This document shows positions 51,531 to 64,000 of a DNA stretch of 64,000 bases, piece by piece. The notes under the pieces are model-generated. The model saw only the letters and a list, made by a program, of their open reading frames with translations, ran no database searches and was not told the origin of the DNA. Within the stretch, counting starts at the first letter, position 1. Each line of letters opens with the position of its first letter. Source of the DNA: the human T2T-CHM13v2.0 reference genome, Homo sapiens; assembly GCF_009914755.1 (NCBI RefSeq), contig NC_060930.1; one strand, 5' to 3'. Made by a program: the position numbers and the translations under genes.

Positions 51531-52229
51531 CAGTGTCACCCTCCTGTATTTCTACTTTGCACTCCTGGACATGATTGCCCTGGTGTCTGTTCACAGCTGC
51601 AGATTCACAACAGCATGTCTACTGTTATGTGATTGTGTTATTTTGTTAAGAAATGGGCATTAGAAATGATACAGAGAGATGGGGAGGGCTAAGTTAAGCC
51701 ATTTGGGTGAGATTTGGAAAAGGCTGGAGCCTCAAGAAACAGCCCCACTTTCTGGAGCAGGTCTGTGAATGGGGCTTGCTGTGCTGCATAGGGACATGCA
51801 TGCTGGGCAGAAGAAACAGTGATAATTGAGAGTCCTGAGATTGGTGCAAGCAGTATTCATGTAGGGGTGGTCCTGCAGCCAGCCTGGCTGACACCAGTGG
51901 TCTCCAGGTGACTTTGTCTTTTGTTTCTCTATGAATATTCGGAAATCTTAGCTTTGGCATGGGTATGGCTGCTGGCTGTGTTTCAGATATATTTTAAAGT
52001 TTGAATATAGGTGTCAACAAAGAGGGTACATATGAGTGGGAAGGGAGCAAAGGAACATCTGTCATGTAATCTACATACTCAATATTACCAGCATAGGAAG
52101 GTGGATAAGCCTGGGCAAATTTCTCTTAATATTGAAGTATTTTGTCATATATAAGCACATGCAGATAAGTATAAATTGCAGTAGAAAACTATATTTTCAA
52201 ACATATTAAACATGTTAATTTACTGAATG

Positions 52230-52355
52230 CTTATAATATATGTAAACCAGGGATTATGATCCTAATTTTACAGATGAGGATGGGAAACCTAGGCTCAGAG
52301 AGATTGAGAAACAAACCTGAAACCTAATAGTAAATAAAAGAACTTGGATTTGAAG
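52230..52355 (-). mobile_element. MIR fragment
   Basis: ATTTTACAGATGAGG...AGGCTCAGAGAGATTGAG. Confidence 0.55.
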
Positions 52356-52664
52356 CCTGATCTATTCTACACTATGTGTGTGTGTATGTGTGTGTGTGAG
52401 AGAGACTTGTGGGTAGCAGATAAAAATCTCGCTAAGACTCAGAAATGTAAAAAAATACAACAATTTTGTATAAATAAATTCAATCTCTATTTTGAGCCTA
52501 CATTTCACTCAGTGGCAGAAATATAGTTTTAGTTGGTTTGTACCCCTTTTCTTAGGCTGCATCTAAGTTCCAGGAAGCTTGCCTTGGAATACAGCCAGAG
52601 AGGGACACTTCATCCTTAATATTGTATATCCCTAAATGTATTCATGTAAACAACTCTTGTTTTT

Positions 52665-52793
52665 ATGGAGATCATATGATTTATTATCTCAAGCAGACAC
52701 TTTCCAGAATAAAAGGAGATACTGGAAATAACTATGCCAAGACAATGAATACAAGGCATGACTACCTCAGGCAAACCAGATGTGTGGTTCCTA
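52665..52793. mobile_element. MER81/MER94-like hAT-Blackjack MITE
   Basis: ATCATATGATTTATT...GACACTTT...AAAAGG...GGCAAACCAGATGTGTGGT follows the recalled MER81 layout. Confidence 0.45.
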
Positions 52794-53289
52794 TGCATAT
52801 TTCTTTCTGCTGGGTCTCTTCTGGTCTGGCAACCCTCTTCAGTAATTTTGTACCAAGCCCAGGTCCACAAGGAAGTATGTGTAAAGGGAGCACATGTTGC
52901 CAAGAGTCAGTCTACAGAGGCAAGGCAAAGCATAACATGGCTGCAGCTGTGTGCCATAAGGACAGAAACCCGGTGCCTTGACTCTGTGTGCTATTTGTCC
53001 TTATTCAGCCTTTGTGTCCTGTATTGCCTGAATTGGGACTACATCAAGCTCTGGGAGTCTCTGTGAGACTGTCCATGTCTCTGTCTGTTTCAGCCCACAG
53101 GAATGTCTTCATTTGCTGGTTTCTTGCCATCTTTCCCAGGCTGTCTATGGGGAAGGTCTCTTCCATTCTCAGAGTCCACAAATCTATTGTGGGCATCAAT
53201 ATAGTAATAAGGGAGGTGAAAAGATGCAACAAATAAACTCAAACCCCACTGGCTTTTGTCCTGGTTACCTCCTGCTCCAATCGAGTGTT

Positions 53290-53535
53290 TGGTGGGCACC
53301 TTTTCAGTCACAGTATGATTCATGGTCCAGGCTCTTTCCATCTTGTGGCTCCTCCATCTTCTAAGGTCTCTTCTAGAGAAGAGACAGAGCATGGGGTTTA
53401 TAGAAATTAATCTTAAAAGTGGTGTACATCACTTCTACCCACTTAAACTGAAAGAGAGCTGAGCAATGTCAGCTAGCAGGGATCAAGGCTTAGGAGGGAA
53501 AACCGGGATTTTTGTAAGCACTGGCATTCTTGACC
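53290..53535 (-). mobile_element. MLT1J/K-type MaLR LTR fragment
   Basis: CCAGGCTCTTTCCATCTTGTGGCTCCTCCATC...AAGTGGTGTACATCACTTCTACCCAC. Confidence 0.55.
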
Positions 53536-53798
53536 AGGCAGCACCTCCCTGTGTCAATCTTTTTTGTGGCTTTCCTCTTCTCTGCCATCAGCCTGATTTG
53601 GGAAAGGAGGCTGGGGCTAGGCATACATGCTTTTCTTAATCATCTTCTGTCAAATACTCTGTCTATACTAAGATTCCTCTGAGTTGATTTTTTTTTTCTA
53701 AGAGTTTTATGCTTTTGAAAACAAGGCCAGAAACATACTCATTTTTCCTGTTTTCTACTCTGTCACATTACTCTTCTGAGTTATAGGTTGGGCTGTTT

Positions 53799-53800
<2 letters not shown>

Positions 53801-53863
<63 letters not shown>

Positions 53864-53880
53864 CAGAGAGAGAGAGAGAG
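53801..53880. repeat. Compound microsatellite (TG)24(AG)~16
   Basis: Read directly; the AG run has one AC interruption. Confidence 0.98.
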
Positions 53881-54190
53881 ATGCAGGCACAGTGGGGCAA
53901 AAGAACAAAGTCAGAGAGTAACAGGAAAAATTGTTAATATTCTCAAAGCATTATCTCAGGATGTAACTATGTAGCTATGGCTTAACTACTATGAACTGGT
54001 GCATTTCCACACAGCAAATATAAATGCAACACTGTTTCTCTCTTCAAGGCTGTATCACTTGTGTGTTCAGGTATTCTAAAGACATGAGAATCTAGAGGGT
54101 GGCTCATGCTATACTGATACACTGTCAGAAACAGAAGCTGGCCTCAGACAAGCCATGTTTGGAATATGAAAACTAGGCAAATCCCCCAAT

Positions 54191-54604
54191 TTAATCAACA
54201 AGTTTTAGCAATTCAACTTCTCCAGTATAAACAATCCATTACATTTTTATATATGATGGCAGCAATTAAAATTTTCTAATACAGTAAAAATCAATTTCTC
54301 ATTGAAGGTAAAAATGACTATTAATATCTACACTGAGTTTTGCTCAAGTATAGCATAAAGTAGGTTTAGAGATGAATCATCAGAACTCTCTGAGGTTGGC
54401 ATCGCTTAGGAAGGCAGGTGCCTGGTGAGAATAGACGGCCCCCACTAGGAGACTCCATAACCACAAAAAAAAAGGCAAAAGGGTGGTGGATCTGAGTTAC
54501 AGGCAGTGGGCACAGAATATGTCTTGACTCAGAGTTCTTGGGCTGTGCATGCACCAGGATGGGGGCTGAGGTTATAAACAAGAATGTTTTTTGACCTTGT
54601 ACCA
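54191..54604 (+). repeat. Left arm of a long imperfect inverted repeat
   Basis: About 80% identical (hand alignment) to the reverse complement of 56453-56690 joined to 55031-55220. Confidence 0.92.
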
Positions 54605-55030
54605 CATTGAGACTTGGGAGTCTGTGAGCCCTCCAGGATACTGTGGTTACCAAGGATTCTCCATCTTCTGAAGTATTTCTATGGAATACTGCAATCAAGC
54701 ATATTGGAAGCCACCAAGCAGAGCATCTGGCCCATACTTCAGTATTCCAGGCTGAAACACCCATGACTGCCTAAAGCCTGTATTTTCCTTTGGAGAATGT
54801 TCACTGCCCTGAGTCCTCCAGCCATCTGGTCACCTTCTACTACTGGGTAGACTCAGATGTCCAGCATTTCTGAGCTGCCTCACACAAGCTGAGCCACAGA
54901 GCCATGCAGCACTGGGCTTCTGCAGCCTGATCTCCAACGCTGCAAACCTTGCCAGTTGACTAAGAGCCCCTCTGCCCTGAAGTCTCATCACTTTCAGGGA
55001 TACTGCTATCCTAGTACCTATAGCCACTAT

Positions 55031-56690
55031 TGGTTCAATGGTAAAATGTGTTCTTGTCATTTTAAACCTCAGCCTTTACCCTGGTGCATGCACAGCCCAA
55101 GAACTCTGGGTCAATCAGTGTTCTGTGTCCAGTGCCTCTGACCTAGATCTACCATGCTTTTGCCTTTCATGTGGTCATGGAGTCTCCTAGTGGGGACCCT
55201 CTGTTTTTACCTTGCCCTTGAATTTCTTTAAATATAATTAAATTTAATTTAATAGTAAGTTCTGGGATATATATGTAGGATGTGCAGGTTTGTTACACAG
55301 GTAAACGTGTGCCATGGTGGTTTGTTGCACCCATCAACACATCAACTAGATAGTAAGTCCCACATGCATTAGCTATTTATCCAGATGCTCTTCTCTCTGT
55401 TCCACCCCACTGACAGGCCCCATTTTATGTTGTTCCCCTCCCTCTGTCCATGTCTTCTCCTTGTTCAGCTCCCACTTATAAGTGAGAACATGTGGTGTTT
55501 GGTTTTCTCTTCCTGTGTTAGTTTGCTGAGGATAATGGCTTCCAACTCCATCCATGTCTCTGCAAAGGATGTGATCTTATTCCTTTTCATGGCTGCATAG
55601 TATTCCATGGTGTCTATGTTCCACATTTTCTTTATCTAGTCTATCATTGATGGGCATTTGGGTTGATTCCATGTCTTTGCTATTGTGAATAGTGCTGCAA
55701 TGAACATACGTATGCATGAATCTTTATAATACAATGATGTATATTGCTTTGGGTATATATCCAATAATGGGATTGCTGGGTCAAATGGTATTTCTCGTTC
55801 TAAATCTTTGAGGAATGGCAACACTGTCTTTCATAATGATTGAGCTAATTTACTTTCCCACCAACAGTGTAAAAGCATGCCTATTTCTCCACAGCCTTAC
55901 CAGCATCTGTTGTTTCTTGACTTTTTAATAATCACCATTCTGATTGGCCTGAGATGGTATCTCATTGCATTTCTGTAATAATCAGTGATGCTAAGCTCTT
56001 TTTCATGTTTGTTGGCTGCATAAATGTTTTCTGTTGAAAAGTGTCTGTTTAGGTCCTTTGCCTGCTTTTTAATGGGGTTGTTTGTACTTGTAAAATTGTT
56101 TTACTTGTAAATTTGTTTAAGTTCCTTGTAGATTCTGGATGTTAGATCTTTGTCAGATGGAGAGATTGCAAAATATTCTCCCATTCTGTAGGTTGTCTGT
56201 TCACTCTGATGATAGTTTCTTTTGCTGTGCAGAAGCTCTTTAGTTTAATTATATCCCATTTGTCAATTTTTTCTTTTGTTGCAATTGCTTTTGATGTTTT
56301 TGAAATTTTTGGCTGTTCCTATGTCCTGAGTGATATTGCCTAGATTTTCTTCTCGGGTTTTAATAGTTTTGGGTTTTACATTTAAGTCTTTAATCCATCT
56401 TAATTTTTGTATACGATGTAAGGAAGGGGTCCAGTTTCAACTTTCTGCATATTGTCCCTTGTCTTTCTAAGGGATGCCCCCCACTCACAGAGTTCTGATT
56501 ATATATTTCCCAGTCTACATTGTGCTATACTTGAGTAAAACCCAATGAAACTATTACTAGTTATGTTTGCCTTCAATGAGAAACTAATTTTTATTGTATT
56601 TAAAAATTTTAATTGCTGCCATTGTATAGAAAAAAAAGTAATGGGTTATTTATATTTGTAAAGTTAAATTGCTAAAACTGGTTGGTTCAA
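55031..56690 (-). repeat. Right arm of the long inverted repeat, split by an L1 (arm pieces 55031-55220 and 56453-56690)
   Basis: 29-bp exact complement 55080-55108 vs 54530-54558 and 19-bp exact complement 55177-55195 vs 54440-54458. The alignment continues colinearly across the L1. Confidence 0.9.
55227..56451 (-). mobile_element. 5'-truncated L1PA (L1PA10-13-like), ~1.2 kb
   Basis: Antisense 3' UTR (AAGTTCTGGGAT...GCAGGTTTGTTACACAGGTAAACGTGTGCC) and ORF2 C-terminus (FDPAIPLLDIYPK). Degenerate TSD TTGCCCTTGAATTTCT/TTGTCCCTTGTCTTTCT. Confidence 0.93.
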
Positions 56691-57384
56691 CTATTTTGAC
56701 TGGAATTAGTGCTATATGCTCTTGTTATTTCTAACATTTGCATAAAGCTGAGGGTAAAAACTTGCCCCAAATATCCAAGTCTATCCTCTGCTTTTCCATT
56801 CACATTCATATGCTTGTGAACTTTCTACTTCTTTGGGGTCACTTGACTTCAATGAAGACTTCCAATGCTCAGAACAATAATAGGAATAAAAGTTTTGTTG
56901 TGCTTAATTTTGAAAGTGTTCTTCATTAGAATAAAAGGGGGTGCTATTTGAGAACAGAATTTTTATTATAGCAGCACTTAAGCACATTAGCCTCATGTGT
57001 CTTGGGCTCACTGTCGTGGTTCTTACAATTTTGGCAGGCTAGTTTAAAAAAAAAAAGAAAAAAGAAAAACTGGCCAAACAGACAGGCTCCTGGTGCCTCT
57101 TGCAAAGCACCAGTAGAACTGTGGAAACAAATATTTGTTTTGAAGTTCTGAATAATTTCACACAATGAAATGTGGCTGTATTTTTTTTTATCTTTAAGTT
57201 CTAGGGTGCAAGTGCACAGTGTGCAGGTTTGATACATAGGTATACATGTGCCATGTTGGTTTGCTGCACCCATCAACTAGTCATTTAAATTAGGTATTTC
57301 TCCTAATGCTATCCCTCCCGCAGCCCCCCACCCCCCAATATGCCCCGGTGTGTGATGTTCCCTGCCCCATGCAAGTGTTCTCAT

Positions 57385-61201
<3,817 letters not shown>

Positions 61202-61261
61202 TTTGATGTTCGCTGATTATTTTGCCCGTTAATTGATGCAATTTCTTCATAGCATTGATGG

Positions 61262-62271
61262 TCATTCCAATTTGGCATGTTTTTGCAGTGGCTGGTACTG
61301 GTCATTTCTTTCCATGTTTAGTGCTTCCTTCAGAAGCTCTTGAAAGGCAGGCCTGGTGGTGACAAAATCTCTCAGCATTTGCTTGTCTGTAAAGGATTTT
61401 ATTTCTCCTTCACTTATGAAGCTTAGCTTGGCAGAATATGAAATTCTGGATTGAAAATTCTTTTCTTTAAGAATGTTGAATATTGGTCCCCACTCTCTTC
61501 TGGCTTGTAGGGTTCTTGCTGAGAGATCTGCTGTTAGTCTGATGGGCTTCCCTTTGTGGGTAAGCTGACCTTTCTTTCTAACTGCCCTTAACATTTTTTC
61601 TTTCATTTCAATGTTGGTGAATCTGACAATTATTTTTCTTGGAGTTGCTCTTCTCAGGGAGACTCTTTGTGGTGTTCTCTGTATTTCCTGAACTTGAATG
61701 GTGGCCTGCCTTGCTAGATTGGGGAAGTTCTCCTGGTTAATATCCTGAAGAGTGTTTTCTAACTTGGTTCCATTCTCCCCATCACTTTCAGGTACATCTA
61801 TCAAACGTAGATTTGGTCTTTTCATATACTCCCATATTTCATGGAGGCTTTGTTCATTTCTTTTTACTCTTTCTTCTCTAACCTTGTTTTCTTGCTTCAT
61901 TTCATTAATTTGATCTTCAATCACTGATACCCTTTCTTCCACTTGATCGAATAAAGTATTGAAGCTTTTGCATGCATCACGAAGTTCTTGTGCCATGGTT
62001 TTCAGCTCCATCACGTCATTTAAGGTCTTCTCTACACTGTTTATTCTAGTTAGTCATTCATCTAACATTTTTTCGAGGTTTTTAGCTTCCTTGCAATGCG
62101 TTTGAGAAAGTTTGTTATTACTGACCTTCTGAAGCCTCCTTCTGTCAACTAATCAAAGTCATTATCCATCCAGCTTTGTTCTATTGCTGGCGAGGATCTG
62201 CGATCTTTTGGAGGAGAAGATATGCTCTGGTTTTTAGAATTTACAGCTTTTCTGCTCTTGTTTCTCCCCAT
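61262..62271 (-). pseudogene. L1 ORF1 (RNA-binding protein), N-terminus disrupted; 250-aa C-terminal part open
   Basis: ATGGGGAGAAAC start at 62271. ORF 61262-62014 contains RPNLRLI, QENFPNLARQ, ARREWGPIF and FVTTRPA motifs. Confidence 0.93.
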
Positions 62272-63263
62272 GTTTGTGGTTTTATCTACCTTTGGTCTTT
62301 GATGTTGGTGACCTATAGATGGGGTTTTGGTGTAGATGTCCTTTTTGTTGAAGTTGTTGTTATTCCTTTCTGTTTGTTAGTTTTCCTTCTAACAGTCAGT
62401 TCTCTTAGCTGCAGGTCTGTTGGAGTTTGCTGGAGGTCCACTCCAGACCCTGTTTTCTTGGGTATCACCAGTAGAGGCTGCAGAACAGCAAACATTGCTG
62501 CCTGATGCTTCCTCTGGAAACTTTGTCCCAGAGGGGGATCCGCCTATATGAGGTGTCAGTCAGCCCCTACTGGGAGGTGTCTCCTGATTAGGCTACACGG
62601 GGGTCAGGGACCCACTTGAGGAGGAAGTCTGTCCATTCTCAGAGCTCAACCGCCGTGCTGGGAGAATCACTGCTCTCTTCAGAGCTATCAGACAGGGACG
62701 TTTAAGTCTGCAGAAGCTGTCTGCTGCCTTTTGTTCATCAATGCCCTGCCCACTGAGATGGAGTCTATAGAGGCAGTAGGCCATGCTGAGCTGTGGTGGG
62801 CTCTGCCCAGTTCGAGCTTCCTGAACCTACTCAAGCCTCAGCAATGGCGGACATTCCTCCCCCAGCCAGGCTGCCGCCTCACAGTTTGATCTCAGACTGC
62901 TGTGCTAGCAGTGAGCAAGCCTCCATGGTCATGGGACTGTGGGGCCAGGCACAGGAGAGAATCTCCTTGTCTGCCAGTTGCTAAAACCTTGGGAAAAGTG
63001 CAGTATTCAGGCAGAAGTGTCCCATTTTTTCCAGGTACAGTCTGTCTCAGCTTCCCTTGGCTAGGAAAGGGAAATCGCCCAACCCCTTGCACTTCCCGGG
63101 TGAGGCAACACCCTGCCCTGCTTCAGCTCATCCTCCATGGGCTGCACCCACTGTCCAACCAGTCCCACTGAGATGAACCAGGTACCTCAGTTGGAAATGC
63201 AGAAATCACCCATCTTCTGCATTGATCACTCTAGGAGCTGCCAACTGGACCTGCTCCTATTCA

Positions 63264-63272
63264 GCCATCTTG
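63264..63272 (-). promoter_or_regulatory. YY1 site of the L1 5' UTR promoter
   Basis: CAAGATGGC at the extreme 5' end of the full-length L1. Confidence 0.75.
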
Positions 63273-63824
63273 GAAGGGATCTTGTGGCTGTATTTTTTTA
63301 AAACTAATTCACTGGAAAGGAAGTTTATGATTCAGAAGTTTATGACTCAGAAGTTCAGATGATTATTAATAAAGTGTCTCAGTACTGAAGCTGTTGCAGT
63401 GGGGTTCCCTCACCTCTCCAGAAAAGAACACACTCCTGGGAGCAGCTCCTCTCACCAGTGATTATGCTTATAATCCTTTAATATGAGTCATGATATAGAA
63501 CACTTTTTGATCCTCACCCTCTCCACTGCCCCACTGCTACTCTCAACCCTGCTATTTTGGCTGCAGCATAAGGCTTCAAAGACCAGACAATTGATTTTTG
63601 AAAATTTGATAGAAACTGGAAAAAATAAAAGTAGTTCTCTTCATATGTATGCCTATATAAAGGTAGATATTTCGATTCATCATCGGCGCAGACTGTTTTT
63701 GTTTATTTGCTTCTTTTGGAAAGACCATCTGGATTGTTTCTTTAATATCACAAATATGGTCTTAAGGAAAACTGTAGAAATATGGTCATTTTTAGACAGA
63801 GCAGCTAAGAGTTCTCTTGAATAA

Positions 63825-64000
63825 TTCAATTTTTATTTGTATAAATTTAAGAGGTACAAGTGAATTTTGTTAGATATACCATGGAGTGGTAAAGTCTAGG
63901 CTTTTAATATACTCATCACCCAAGTAATGTATGTTGTACCCATGAAGTAATTTCTCATCACCCACCCCTCTCCCACTCTCATCACCCTTTTGAGTCTCAA
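63825..64000 (-). mobile_element. L1MA-type 3' end, running off the window
   Basis: TTTGTATAAATTTAAGAGGTACAAGTG...AAGTCTAGGCTTTTA...CATCACCC...TAATTTCTCATC. Confidence 0.85.

Noticed and set aside
52616-53392. Cluster of overlapping 60-119-aa ORFs
   Set aside because: They overlap MER81-like and MLT1-like remnants on both strands with no coherent protein.
54439-54456. CTCF-like CCACTAGGAGAC in both arms of the inverted repeat
   Set aside because: It lacks the conserved GGC end of the CTCF core; not supportable without ChIP data.
54366-54764. 132-aa minus-strand ORF over the inverted repeat
   Set aside because: No recognisable domain or splice context; an ORF this long can occur by chance in GC-richer sequence.

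Overview
Primate (human-like) nuclear genomic DNA: AT-rich, CpG-poor, and roughly half transposon-derived. I see no intact protein-coding gene, rRNA/tRNA gene or CpG island. The longer ORFs in the track are decayed L1 ORF1/ORF2 pieces or Alu read-throughs. Major elements: an L1PB-type LINE (+, about 9560-15047) sitting inside a Tigger2a-type DNA transposon and itself carrying an MLT2A (HERVL) solo LTR; a full-length L1PA6/7-type LINE (-, about 57188-63282) with a clear TSD; a Tigger3b; eight Alu loci plus a fossil Alu monomer; MaLR/ERVL LTRs; L2, MIR and MER fragments. Structure not explained by ordinary repeats: (1) a ~420-bp, ~80% identical inverted duplication (54191-54604 vs 55031-56690) whose right arm was later split by an L1; (2) a ~75-bp ancient mitochondrial ND3 fragment (NUMT) inside an L2; (3) a ~790-bp insertion inside an old L1 that looks like a retrocopied mRNA 3' UTR; (4) a 157-bp non-tandem local templated duplication; (5) a young L1 3' end with a ~20-nt twin-priming inversion; (6) candidate minus-strand non-coding exons, including a 20-nt microexon. 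I found no evidence for a new multi-gene system. Subfamily names come from recalled consensus sequences and need RepeatMasker/Dfam confirmation.
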